Positions 1 to 11,100 of a stretch of 58,562 bases of DNA are shown in pieces (positions within the stretch are counted from its first letter, which is position 1; each line of letters opens with the position of its first letter). Below the pieces are notes generated by a model. The model did not search any database, was not told the origin of the DNA, and saw only the letters and a list, made by a program, of their open reading frames with translations. Source of the DNA: a virus. Its lineage: Duplodnaviria > Caudoviricetes. The DNA lies in IMG/VR virus record IMGVR_UViG_3300002461_000269, positions 1 through 58,562 of that record; one strand, written 5' to 3'. The position numbers and the translations under genes are program-made.

Positions 1-2
1 AC

Positions 3-185
3 CATGACGCCTACAAGGTCGGGTTCCGGCCCAACGTAGTGGGCAGCGCCATCGACGGTTATGTGGCCGACCCGCTGTGCGTTGACCTGACCGTCACCCC
101 CGAAGACTTCACCGTTTCCGATCCGACGCTGCGCGAATTGACGTTGCTCGGCGGCAACTGCCGATTGGAGATATTCACGACATGA
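3..185 (+). CDS. C-terminal fragment of upstream protein (possibly the tail-associated hydrolase that runs off the right end)
   Basis: Frame 3 is open from the window edge (HDAYKVGFRP...RLEIFTT*). Its stop overlaps the endolysin start (ATGA). Confidence 0.6.
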   Translation, partial: HDAYKVGFRPNVVGSAIDGYVADPLCVDLTVTPEDFTVSDPTLRELTLLGGNCRLEIFTT

Positions 186-844
186 CCGATCCACGTAAAC
201 CAATATTCGATGCCGTGCGCGCAGCTGCACCCACTGGCCTGTTCAGCGATGCCGGGAATATCCTCGCGCTCGACAACCTACTCGACGCCTGGAAGGTGCC
301 GCGCGCTGGGCAGGCGGCAAAGCCCGCTGCGACGAAGCCTGCGCCGGTCACCCCCTCGCCCACTGCGCCTATGCCGCGCTGGATGGTCGAGGCGCGCGCG
401 TGGATCGGCACCAAGGAAATCCCCGGCCCTTCGCACAACAGCCGCATCGTCAAGCTGCGCATGGCGCTGGGTGGGTTCGGCTACAAGGACGACGACATTC
501 CTTGGTGCGGCGATTTCACGGCGCACTGCATCAAGGCGGCCGGGCTCTCGATCCCCAAGATGTACCCGCGCGCAAAGGCCTGGGCGGATTGGGGGCAGTC
601 ATGCTCGGCCACCGTTGGCGCCGTTGTGGTGTTCGGCCGCCAGGGCGGCGGGCACGTTGGGTTCCTCGTCGGGGAAAGCGCCACCAATTACTATGTGCTG
701 GGCGGCAATCAGTCGAACATGGTGAACATCACCCCGATTGCCAAAAGCCGGATGATCGCAATCCGCTGGCCGATTGAGATTGGCAAGCCGCATCCCGGCC
801 TGCCGCAGATGACAGGGGGCACCGTTTCGGTGAATGAGGCATGA
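182..844 (+). CDS. Endolysin, TIGR02594-type (CHAP/NlpC-like peptidase)
   Basis: Motifs GTKEIPG, DDIPWCG, GGGHVGF and VLGGNQS. Precedes holin and spanins. Confidence 0.9.
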   Translation: MTDPRKPIFDAVRAAAPTGLFSDAGNILALDNLLDAWKVPRAGQAAKPAATKPAPVTPSPTAPMPRWMVEARAWIGTKEIPGPSHNSRIVKLRMALGGFGYKDDDIPWCGDFTAHCIKAAGLSIPKMYPRAKAWADWGQSCSATVGAVVVFGRQGGGHVGFLVGESATNYYVLGGNQSNMVNITPIAKSRMIAIRWPIEIGKPHPGLPQMTGGTVSVNEA

Positions 845-1098
845 TGAAAGCCATAATCGCCAAGCTCTCAATCCGCGAGTTTTGGATGTTCACGATCGCC
901 GGGCTGGGAATGCTGACGCTTGCCGCGATCGGCATTGGCGTGATGTTCAAGGGCGTGCCCGACGGTGCAGGCGAGATCCTCACAGCGATCATTACCATGA
1001 TCGGGCTGCGCATCGGGGACGTCATCAACGCAATTCGCGCTCTGTGGCGAGTGAGCCAAGAGCATATCGAAGCCGAGCCAGGGGAGAAGCTACCATGA
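841..1098 (+). CDS. Putative holin
   Basis: 85 aa with two hydrophobic helices and a charged C-terminus, located between endolysin and spanins. Confidence 0.65.
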   Translation: MMKAIIAKLSIREFWMFTIAGLGMLTLAAIGIGVMFKGVPDGAGEILTAIITMIGLRIGDVINAIRALWRVSQEHIEAEPGEKLP

Positions 1099-1478
1099 TG
1101 GGTTTTATCCGTGCGCTGACACCGCTTGGCAGGGGCGTGATTGGCGGCCTCCTGCTGGTGGCGATCCTGGCCCTGCTGTTCGCCGTGCAGTCATGCTCGA
1201 CCGCCCGCACCGCCAAGACACAGGCGCGACTGAATGAGAACCAGACCGAGGCGGCAACCGCGAGCGGCTCCGATGCGGTCAACACCGTGGGCCAGCAGGG
1301 CGGCCGCGAGGACGCAATCGACGCAATCACAAAGGACAATGCCAATGCCATACGCTCTACCGAAGGCGCGGGTGCGCCTGTGTCTGATGCTCTCGACGCT
1401 GTTGCTCGGGAGCGGCTGTGTCAGCGCGCCGTCTATCGTGTCCGTCCCGAGTGCTTGCAGTACCCTGCTGCCGACTGA
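1095..1478 (+). CDS. Rz-like inner membrane spanin
   Basis: N-terminal TM segment (GVIGGLLLVAILALLFAV), helical periplasmic part and C-terminal Cys. GGAG precedes the ATG. Confidence 0.75.
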   Translation: MMGFIRALTPLGRGVIGGLLLVAILALLFAVQSCSTARTAKTQARLNENQTEAATASGSDAVNTVGQQGGREDAIDAITKDNANAIRSTEGAGAPVSDALDAVARERLCQRAVYRVRPECLQYPAAD

Positions 1479-1680
1479 ATGGCGCGCGGGGGTGCAGGGC
1501 GCGGACTTGCCGGCCGGTTCCACCGCTGGCGAATGGATAGCGTTCGCAGACGCGCAGACCGGGCAGCTCGACAAGGCCAACGATCGTTATTCGGCCGCCG
1601 TCGGAATCGTTGAGCGCTGCGAGGCGCGCGACAGTGAGGCGGTCAAACGGGCGCGTCCCAAGTTTCTCGGCATCTTCTAG
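1339..1680 (+). CDS. Rz1-like outer membrane lipoprotein spanin
   Basis: Overlaps Rz in another frame. Has an AAGGA RBS and a signal peptide ending LLLGSG-C. Confidence 0.75.
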   Translation: MPMPYALPKARVRLCLMLSTLLLGSGCVSAPSIVSVPSACSTLLPTEWRAGVQGADLPAGSTAGEWIAFADAQTGQLDKANDRYSAAVGIVERCEARDSEAVKRARPKFLGIF

Positions 1681-1689
1681 GCCGGGCTC

Positions 1690-1719
1690 TTGTCGTAATC
1701 GGACGGGAACCAGTATTGT
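1690..1719 (+). promoter_or_regulatory. Candidate promoter for ejection-protein operon
   Basis: Intergenic TTGTCG-N18-TATTGT containing TAATCGGA, a motif shared with the region upstream of the terminase nuclease gene. Confidence 0.4.
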
Positions 1720-1752
1720 GCGCCGATACGACACCCGGGGGCTTGCACGGCG

Positions 1753-2415
1753 ATGATGTACACGGAGAACACCGGAAAGCCTGACTACGATGTGGCGAAG
1801 CGCATTGCGCAGATCACGTCGGAGAACACGCCCTTCATGCAGCAGGCCCGCACGCAGGGCTTGCAGCAGGCGAACCAGCGCGGGTTGAGCAATTCGTCGA
1901 TCGCCGTCGGTGCATCGCAGGCCGAGGCCTATCGGGTTGCCGCACCCATCGCCAGCCAAGAGGTCGAGTTCAATGTGCGCCGCGATGAGCAGGAGCGCAG
2001 CATTGCCGATTCCGCCCGCCAGCAGCAGATCAACGCGCTTGCTACGCTATCAGGCCAGCGCGACAACGCCATCGCGGCGGCGCTGCAAAACCCTGACCTT
2101 CCCGCAGCCGAGCGCGCGGCGGTAATTCGCAGCTTCCAAGATCGCTATGACCAGAACGTCGCGTACTTGCAGAACCTCTATGGCCCCGGGTTCCGGCAGG
2201 CGCCGCCGCCCGCGCCGGTTCCGAGCGGACCCCCAATAGCAGGCGGCGGCATTCCGCCCATCAACTACCCGGGTGGCTACACCCCGCCCACGACGCCGCC
2301 CTATTCCGGCCCGCCGATTGCCCCGGGCGGTGTGCGTTCTGAATATAGTCAGCCCGGCGGCGGTTTCAGTAATGGCGTGCGCAATATCGCCTTGCAGGGC
2401 TTGTCGCTGCGGTGA
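1753..2415 (+). CDS. Putative internal virion/ejection protein
   Basis: Gln/Ala-rich with RGLSNSSIA motif and a Pro-rich tail. First gene of the cluster before the giant virion protein. Confidence 0.6.
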   Translation: MMYTENTGKPDYDVAKRIAQITSENTPFMQQARTQGLQQANQRGLSNSSIAVGASQAEAYRVAAPIASQEVEFNVRRDEQERSIADSARQQQINALATLSGQRDNAIAAALQNPDLPAAERAAVIRSFQDRYDQNVAYLQNLYGPGFRQAPPPAPVPSGPPIAGGGIPPINYPGGYTPPTTPPYSGPPIAPGGVRSEYSQPGGGFSNGVRNIALQGLSLR

Positions 2416-2924
2416 TGAAGCTGCGCGCCGCCCGCTTTGCTGATGCGCCCGAGTTGGCGAAGATCCTTGCCGAGCGGCAGGAGGATTCGCGCTATGCCGG
2501 TGTGGTCGAGGTCGACCAGGCCTATGCGCGCAAGCTGATTGCCAACGCGATCGGGCGCCACGGCGGGACGACTGACGGCAGTTGCTTTGTGATGGTCGCG
2601 GCTGATGATGATGACTGCGCGCAAGCCTTTGTGCTGGGCACGCTGGGCCGCATCTACAACGTCGGCACTAAGCTGGGCGCATCCGATATGTTCCTGATCG
2701 GCCGCAAGCCGGTGAGCGCGTTCGTGCTCGATCAACTGTTCGACGCCTATTTCGCATGGGCCGACAATAACCCGCGCGTCTACGAAATTGGGGCCAGCTG
2801 GTCCGATGTGGTGCCGGGCTCCAAGCGGTTCGCCGCGTCCTTCCGTCGTCGTGGGTTTCAGAAGATTGTCGAGGTGTGGTCGAAGATCCGCCCGGCCGTA
2901 CAGCAACAGGATATTGCAGCATGA
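2412..2924 (+). CDS. GNAT-like acetyltransferase-fold protein
   Basis: MKLRAARFADAPEL start and FRRRGF end are GNAT-like. Such genes are common beside podovirus internal virion genes. Confidence 0.6.
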   Translation: MMKLRAARFADAPELAKILAERQEDSRYAGVVEVDQAYARKLIANAIGRHGGTTDGSCFVMVAADDDDCAQAFVLGTLGRIYNVGTKLGASDMFLIGRKPVSAFVLDQLFDAYFAWADNNPRVYEIGASWSDVVPGSKRFAASFRRRGFQKIVEVWSKIRPAVQQQDIAA

Positions 2925-3763
2925 GTAACCCGCTCAAGGCAGTCGGCAAGGTCTTCAAGAAGGTGGTGAAGGTCGTCAAGAAATACGCCCTGCCGATCAT
3001 TGCGATTGGCGCCGTCGTCCTGACCGGTGGCGCCGCGCTCGGCATCCTGCCCGCCCTGGGAGGTGCGGGCGGATTGCTTGCCGGCATCGGGATTAAGGGG
3101 GCGCTGGCAGGGGTGCTAGTCGGCGCGGCGAAGGCTGCGACGTTCGGCGCTATCGCGGCCGGTGTGACCGGCGGCAACATCATCAAGGGTGCTACGACTG
3201 GCCTCATCACCGGCGGCGCGCTGGGTGGCCTTAGTGCTGCGCTGGGCGGCGGTGCGGCGGCGGCGGGTGCGGGTGCGGGCGGTCAGGCGGCGAGCGCTGT
3301 TGCCAACACCGCAGCAAATGCGCCGGGCGCTGTCGCTGGCGCGGCGGGCAATGTCGCGCATAGTGCGATTCAATCTGTTGGTAGCGTTGCCAGCAATGCA
3401 GCATCGAGCGGCCTTAGCGCGGCATCGGGCATTGCAGGCTCGGCAGGTATCGTCGGCAGCGCTGCGCTTCCAGTTTCCTCCGCAGGCGGCATCGGCGGCT
3501 TTATCTCGCAGAACCCCACGCTTGTTGGTTCGGCCATTCAGGGGCTCGGTTCGGGCCTTGGCGCCAAGGCGCAATCGAAAGAGGACCGCCGCGCGCTCGA
3601 CCTTCGCCGTGCAAGCTACCTCGGGATCGGGGACGCTCTGTATTCGGCACAGCGGGAAGAAACCGATGGGCTGGGCCCGCTACTCGCACAGGGCCAGGCG
3701 CCAGTGAACGGCGGCAAGGTGCGTTACGATCGCGCCACCGGCCAGCTTGTCGCTGTCGGTTAA
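2921..3763 (+). CDS. Gly/Ala-rich ejection (pilot-like) protein
   Basis: Basic amphipathic N-terminus (KVFKKVVKVVKK) followed by long Gly/Ala hydrophobic segments. Confidence 0.65.
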   Translation: MSNPLKAVGKVFKKVVKVVKKYALPIIAIGAVVLTGGAALGILPALGGAGGLLAGIGIKGALAGVLVGAAKAATFGAIAAGVTGGNIIKGATTGLITGGALGGLSAALGGGAAAAGAGAGGQAASAVANTAANAPGAVAGAAGNVAHSAIQSVGSVASNAASSGLSAASGIAGSAGIVGSAALPVSSAGGIGGFISQNPTLVGSAIQGLGSGLGAKAQSKEDRRALDLRRASYLGIGDALYSAQREETDGLGPLLAQGQAPVNGGKVRYDRATGQLVAVG

Positions 3764-3775
3764 GGAGAACAGACA

Positions 3776-4402
3776 ATGCAAGGTCTAGGCGCCGCACTAC
3801 AGCCCGCCGCGCAGCCCGCACAGCCCGGCGCTGCGCCTGTTGCAGATCCGGCCGCGGCATCGCCCGGCCAGGAAGCAACGCCCGAGGAGCAGGCGCTCTA
3901 CGACGACTTCATCGGCCGCGCCGAGAGCATCCTTATGCCGGAGCGCGGCAAGGTATCGCCCGAGATAGTCGCCAACCTTCGCGGTGACTTTGACCCGCAG
4001 GCTGCACAGGTGTTCGCATCGGCCGAACCGCCGCTCGCACAATCACCGCAGGACGCGGTATCGGGCACGGCTGTTTTGCTCACGATGATGATCGAAGCCG
4101 GCGCGAAGCAGGAGGGCGTCGACTTCCCCGATGACGTGGTGATGCACGCCGGGACTGAGGTGGTCGAAATGCTGATTGCCGTGTCCGAGGCGGCGGGCAT
4201 CCATGAGTTCGACGAGGGCGAGGAAATGGAAGGCATCCTCTACCGCGCAATGGATCTGTACCGGGTGGTGAGCCCGCGCATCGACCAGGAAACCCTCAAG
4301 GCTGGCTTCGCGCAGCTGATGGAAGCGAACGACGCCGGCAAGCTCAACGAGGTGCTCCCCGGCCTGCCTGGCGGTGCACCGCTTGAGGGAGCGCCGGCAT
4401 GA
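3776..4402 (+). CDS. Hypothetical acidic protein, ejection cluster
   Basis: Strong RBS TAAGGAG and coupled to the next gene. Confidence 0.7.
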   Translation: MQGLGAALQPAAQPAQPGAAPVADPAAASPGQEATPEEQALYDDFIGRAESILMPERGKVSPEIVANLRGDFDPQAAQVFASAEPPLAQSPQDAVSGTAVLLTMMIEAGAKQEGVDFPDDVVMHAGTEVVEMLIAVSEAAGIHEFDEGEEMEGILYRAMDLYRVVSPRIDQETLKAGFAQLMEANDAGKLNEVLPGLPGGAPLEGAPA

Positions 4403-5124
4403 GCTTTGTTCTCGCTGGCCTGCTGCAAGGCGTTGGTCAGGGCATTCAGAAGCAGGGCGCCGAAAAGGCGGCGGCCGAGCAGGCACAACGCGATAACGAC
4501 TTTCAGGTCGCGCTGGAGAACCTGCGCTCTGCGAACGATCGCACCAATGCCGCCAACACGGCATCGCTGAACGACGAGAACACCCGCAAGGAATACGGCT
4601 ACAAGAACGACTTCGAGGAAAAGCAACTGCCCCGCCGAATTGCAGAAGCGCGGGCCGATGGCGAGATCCGCAAGGACGTCGACAACAACGCGACTGCAAA
4701 CAACATTCGCAGCGCACAGGTTCAAGGTGCAATCACGCGGCAGAACGATGCGGCATCGCAGAAGCTCGCCAAGGATCTTGAGAGCGGAGATATTGCCGAT
4801 ACCTTTCTCGACGAGAGCGGCGAGTATGTCGGTATCACACGCACCGGGAAGCAGGTTAGAACCGGCGTGCGCGCAAACGCGGTCGACACGACGATCAAGT
4901 CGGGCAGCAGCGGCGGTTCGTCCCTGTTCCCCGAGCTTGCCGAAACCCCGGCCGTGCAGGCAGCGGCCGCCCCGGCGCCGCGTGCGCCGGCCCCCAAACC
5001 AGCAGCACAAGGCGGCAAGATCATGACGCAAGCGGACATTGACGCCACAGCGAAGGCGAGGAACCTATCGAAGCCGGCGGCCAAGCTGCTCCTTGAGGAA
5101 TTAGGCTTTAGGTTGAAGTCCTGA
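4399..5124 (+). CDS. Putative ejection protein
   Basis: N-terminal LAGLLQGVGQG followed by coiled coil, typical of podovirus internal proteins. Confidence 0.6.
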   Translation: MSFVLAGLLQGVGQGIQKQGAEKAAAEQAQRDNDFQVALENLRSANDRTNAANTASLNDENTRKEYGYKNDFEEKQLPRRIAEARADGEIRKDVDNNATANNIRSAQVQGAITRQNDAASQKLAKDLESGDIADTFLDESGEYVGITRTGKQVRTGVRANAVDTTIKSGSSGGSSLFPELAETPAVQAAAAPAPRAPAPKPAAQGGKIMTQADIDATAKARNLSKPAAKLLLEELGFRLKS

Positions 5125-5125
5125 C

Positions 5126-8100
5126 ATGGCCGGCCGTGACCTCCTTGCGGGGATTCCGCGAGACGAGCTTCTGTCTGCCAGCGAACGCTTGCGCGCCAAA
5201 GCCCCCCAAGGCCGCGACCTTCTTGAAGGTGCGAGCGAGGGTGACTTGCGCGCGGCGGAAACACGCTTGCGCGAGCGCGCGGCACGCGACGAGGAAGCCA
5301 AAGCCAATCGGGAGAGCGCAGCCGAGGCAGCGCGCCGCCCCTCTGACCCCGGCGTAGGCTCGCTCCTTGGGCTTGGCAGCGCGCGCCGCCCTGCACCCGC
5401 AGCCGGGCCGAGCAGCTTCTTTGCCAGCGAGCGACCCGTTGCAGCAGAGCGCGAGCAATTCCTTGCCGAGAACCGCACCCGCGTTCCCACCGGCGAGATT
5501 AAGGCCGACAACTACATCGAGCAGCAGGCGGCCAAGATCGGTCAGGCTGGCCTTGGCCTTGCCGCCGGCGGTGCGCGCGCCGTCATCGCGCTGAGTGACA
5601 AGCTGCAACGCAATATCGGCGTCTTGCCCGGCGACCAGGCAGCGCGCGATGTGCTCACAACCTTTGCCGAAGACTCCGAGATCACCGCAGGCCGCCGCGT
5701 TGAAGGCACCACCTCGTTTGAGGACGTGAAGGAAAACCCGCTGCTGGCTGGCAAGTTCATCTTGGATGAAGGCCCGGCATCACTGGCGATCACGCCGCTG
5801 CTGCTTAATCCCTATGGGGCTGCGGCGGTTGGCCTTGGCACCGCAGGCGGCATCGCGCAGGAGCGCGCCGTCAATGATGGCCGCACCGAAGCCACGGCAG
5901 GCGACCTTGCCGTAGCAGCGCCGTTCGCAGCCGGGAGCCTGGCGCTCGACAAGTTCGGTTTCGATCGGTTGCTCAACCCCGGTTCGGGGGCGCTTATCAC
6001 CCGCATCCTGAAAGCGGGCGGCACCGAAGGCCTGACCGAAGGTACGCAGGGCGCGCTTGAAAACCTTGGCGGCTCGCTGGGTACAGAGCGCGGCGTTGAT
6101 TTGAACGAGCTGCGCGACAGCATCACCGCCAGCGCTCTTGTTGGCACCGGCGCAGGCGCAGGATTCCGCGGCGGCTCCGAAGCCGTTGACGCCACCGCGA
6201 AGGCAATCACTGCACGCCGCGCTGCACGCGCCACCATCACGCCCGACGACGAGGCAAGCCCGCTCGACACTGCCGACATTGAGGCAGGCCGCGCCGCACA
6301 GATCGAGGTCGAGCTAGGCAAGCAGCAGAGCAGCAACATCGAGCTTCCCGAGGTGGGCGGCCGCGTCAACGTGCTTGTGCCAGGCTCATCGACCCCGGTT
6401 GAGGGTACCTTTGCCGGTTCGTTCTCCGATGCGGATGGCGCCGGGATCGAGGTTATTCTCTCGGACGGCCAGACCATCCGCGAATACAACGACAACATTG
6501 AAGACGCCGGTTACAAGATTACCCCGATCCAGTCGGCCGCGAGTGGAAGCGCCGCCGCTGGCCCGGCCGCGCCTACTGCCAGCCCTTCGGTTCGCACCGG
6601 ACAGCAATCAGGCGCGGCCGGATTCGATATGGGCCGCTATCAGGCACAGAACAGCCAGATCGAAAGCGGCAACCGGCCCTACATCAAAGCTGACACGTCA
6701 TCGGCAAGTGGCCTGTTCCAGTTCGTCAAGAAGACATGGATTGCCGAGGGCGGCGCATGGGGCAATGACGATAGCCAGGCGTTCGGCGGCTTGAAGCCAT
6801 CGGCCGAGGAGCAGCGCGCCCGGTTCAAGTCTTTCACTGACAAGAACGTGGCAGGCATCAAGGCGATTGGCGCACCGGTCACCGACGGCAACGTCTACCT
6901 TGCGCACTTCCTCGGGATGGGCGGCGCGCGCTCGATCCTTGGCGCTGACCCGAACACGCCAGTGGCGCAGCTGCTCAAAGACGACCAGATCACCGCGAAC
7001 AAGAGCATCCTCAAAGGCAAGACCGCCGGCGACGTCATCGCCTGGGCCGCGCGCAAGATGGGCGGCGCGCTCCCCGCGCAGGCAGGCGGCGAGAGCTTTG
7101 CCGCGCCTGATACCGAGCGCGAACCCTTCGAGTTCAGCAACCGCGACGAGCCCGAGGCCGCAGCACCGGCCCTGATTGGCAAGCCTATCCCGCTGCGCGT
7201 CGAGGACCGTCAGGAAACCGCCGTGGTTCCCGCCACCTTGCAAGAGGTGCCGGTGCGCTATGCCGTGGCCGAGCTTGCGGATCTCGTCCCGTCCAACACC
7301 CCTGACGGCGCAGTGAACCCGGCATTCCCGGCCGAGCGTCAGCCCCGCGACCGTACCCGGGCCGCCAGTCAGAACCAGGTGCGCAACATCGCCACCAACC
7401 TTTACCCGCGCCTGCTTGGCCGCGACGTGAAGGCGAGCGACGGCGCCCCGATCATTTCCGCCGATGGTGTGGTCGATAGCGGCAACGGCCGCGTGATGGC
7501 GCTATCGCAGGCCTATGCGCAGGGAGGCCAGCAGGTCGACGCCTATCGGGCAATGCTCGAAGAAGAAGGCTTCGACGTAAGCGGCATGACGCAGCCTGTC
7601 ATGGTGCGCGTGCGCGATGAAATGCCGGCCGCCGATGTGGCGCGGTTCGTGCGTGACAGCAATGCGCGCTCCACCGCCAGCATGTCCGGCGTCGAGACGG
7701 CATCCACCGATGCAGCGAGCATGGGCTCCAACCTCCTCGGGCTTTACCGCGGCGGCGACCTCGACACGTTGAACAATTCCGATTTCGTGCGCGGCTTCAT
7801 GCAGGCATTCGTGCCGGCCAGCGAAGTTGGCGACATGGTAATGAAGGACGGCCGCCCATCGGCCAACCTCTTGCGCCGCATCGAGGCCGCGCTCCTGGTG
7901 CGCGCGCTGGGCCCGCAGAGCTTTGTCGAATGGCTGGTTGATTCCCGGTCGAGCAAGATCAAGTCGATTGGCAACGCGCTCATCGAGACGTCGGGCAAGC
8001 TGGCGCAGATGCGCGAGGCAGCAGCACAGGGCATCATTGACCCGTCGGTCGATATTTCCGCCAACGTGGCCGAGGCGGTGACGCTGGTTGACCGTGCACG

Positions 8101-11100
8101 GCGCGAAGACCGCGGCGTAGCCGAGTTCGTCAATCAGGTGGATGCGTTCTCCGGTACGCTCGACCCGATCACCGAGGCCGTTTTGCGGCTGATGTACAAA
8201 GACCCGGCGTTCAAGAAGGCGCGCTCGCAGAAGGATCTGACCAACGCGCTGACCTTCTACATCGAGCAGGCCATGGTGACGGTGCCGGGCGGCGGGCTGA
8301 TTGCCTCGACAAGCAACCCGGCCTCTGATATTCTGGCGCTCGCCAATGCAAGACAAGATGACCCCACAGCGCGACCCAGCGCCAAGCCCGCAGCAGCCGA
8401 CGGACAGATCGGCAGCCTGGTCGATCCTGTCGAAGACGTTCGACCGGCTGGCACAGACAGCGGAGAGCGAGCCGGAGAAGGCGTACAGCCGGGGGCTGGC
8501 ACAGAAGGCAGCGGCGAAAGCCAAGCCGATCTAACAGATAACCGTAGCGATGCGGTTCAGCGCGAAGGTGAGGCAGAGTCGGTAGATCCAACTGCCGGTG
8601 ATGACGCCTCACCTTCATACCGCCTCGAAGACACCACAAGCGGCAAGGGCATTGCCCTGTTCGATGCGACCCCGGCGCAGCTGGCGGCGATCGAAGCGGC
8701 TGGCATTGCCAAACCTGCGAAGCGCAGCGACGGCGCGATGGTGTTCAGCAAGAAGCGCGAGGCGGCTATTCGTGCTGCGCTGGAGCTTGTCGCTGAGGCA
8801 GATGGCCCAATTCTTGATCGTGCCGAGCGCCTGCGAATGGTGCGCGAAGCTGTCAACGGCAGCGCTGATACAAGCATAGAAGGCGACTTGATTGTAGGGC
8901 CGGGCCTGCGGCTGAACTTTCAGACGGCAAGCGAAAGCGAATTGCGAAGCGCCTTGGCCAGGGTGACAGAAACGGTCACCCCTGCGGAGGATGATACCGC
9001 CAAGGCGCGCGGCGCCGCTGCACCCACCACCGCAGGCAAAGGCCTTCTCGGCCGCAACCGTGACGGCAACGAGGTGTTCGAGGACGAGCGCGGCGTGCGC
9101 TCCTACGTCGAGAACGGTATTCGCCTGACCGAGAGCGTGCAGATGCGCCCGGTTCGTGGCGAGGGCATCCGCCTATCGGTCGACGTGGCGAACCGCTGGG
9201 AATCCTACAAGACCACCGAGGAGCTTGGGCAGGAGCAGGCGCAGGAAGAAACGCGCATCGGTCGAGAATACGATTCGATGCTCAGTGATATTCGCCGGGC
9301 ACAGCAACAGCTGGACTCTTTCGGGGGCGAGCAGGATGCGACGTTCAAGAGCGGCGGCGTCAAGAGCCGTGAGCGCGTGATCGTGAAGGCCACCAACGAG
9401 GATGGCTACAACAGCGTGCGCGACATTAAGGATCTCGCCCGCGGTGCGTTCATTGTCGACAGCATGGAGCAGGCCGAGGCGCTGGCGACAGCAATCGGTG
9501 AGCGCTTCACCGTTGTGCAGGACAAGGGCTGGCAGCGCCTTGATAGCGGCTATGCCGATCACAAGCTGATTGTCGAAAGCAGCGGCATCAAGGCCGAATT
9601 GCAGATCGTTCCGTCAGTGGTGTGGAATGCCAAGAAGGCCGGTGGCGCGAACAAGCTCTATGAGGAGCAGCGCGCGCCGGGCGTCTCGGAAGAACGCTAT
9701 GCCGAGCTTGAACGTCAGCAGCAGGAAATCTATTCGGCTGCGCTTGAGGCTACCGGCTTCGCCCAATTCGCCAGTGCGGCAAAGTCTGCATCGGGGAACT
9801 CGGCTTCGGCTTCTTCGCGCGAGAGCGAAACACCTTCCTTGGTCGCAAGCCCGGGCGCTTCGGCCCAGGTCGAGTCCTCGCGCCAGACCAATGCCAGCGG
9901 GGGTGCAATCGAAAACACGGCGGCAAGCCGGAACTCTACTTCTTTGAACGTGGGTGACACTTCAACCTCCGAGGACAATGTAGGAGCAAACTCTCAAGAA
10001 AGCAATAACGCAGAGGTTAATCGTTTCGCCAACAATACCCTGTTCACTGCCGACAAGGTAGAGGCTGCGCGCGCCCGCATGAAGGACCGCATGAAGCGGC
10101 TGAATGCCGGCGTCGATCCTGAAATGCTGATCGACGGCATGGTCATCGCTGGCGCCTACATCGAGGACGGCGTGCGCAACTTTGCCGACTTCGCCAAGCA
10201 GATGCGCGCCGACTTCGGTAACGGGATCACCCCGTACCTGCTGTCCTTTTGGGAAGGTGCCCGCAACTATCCCGGGCTGAACACCGAGGGCATGACCTCG
10301 CCTGACGTGTCGCGCGCGATCAGCGAAATGATTGCAGCCGATGCGGCGCCAACTGTTGAGCAATCCTCAACGGTTCAACCCGAACCGCAGGCCGACCTAC
10401 CCGAGCTTGCCCGCGTGTTCGTGGAAGCGCTGCGCACCCGCAGCTTTGCCAGCATCACCGAGGCCCGCGCCTTTGCCAAGGAGGCAACCGGCCAGGACTT
10501 CCGCCCCGGCACGCTCGAAGCCAAGAAGCTCGACGAGGCGATCGAGGCCGCCTTGGTGTTCAACGCCCGCGCGATCGTGGCCGAGGGCGCCGCACCGCTG
10601 GCAACCTATCGCCAGCTTGTCAGCCTCTACGGCCGTCAGCCCAACCTTGGCGTTCGCACCTCCACCAGCGTGCAGGAGCAGGCCTACTCGACCCCGGCAC
10701 CGCTCGCCTATCTGGCTGCACTGCGCGCCGGTATCAGCAACAGCACCACGGTGTACGAACCCAGCGCCGGCAACGGGATGCTGCTTATCACCGCCGACCC
10801 TGCCAAGGTGACCGCGAACGAGTTGAATGCTGACCGCGTGGCGCAACTGCGTGACCTCTACCCGCAGGCGACCATCACCCAGGGCGATGCGACCGCAGCC
10901 AATCCCGACGGGCCACAGCGCGACCGCATCATTGCCAACCCGCCGTTCGGCCCGGTCAAGGACGAGCAGGGCGACACTGTGATCTTCGACTTGGGCGACG
11001 GCTACGAGGCACGCGAAATCGACCACGCCATTTCGCTGCTTTCGCTCGACATGATGAAGAACGGCGGCAAGGCTGCGCTCATTGTTGGCTCTGTCGCCAA

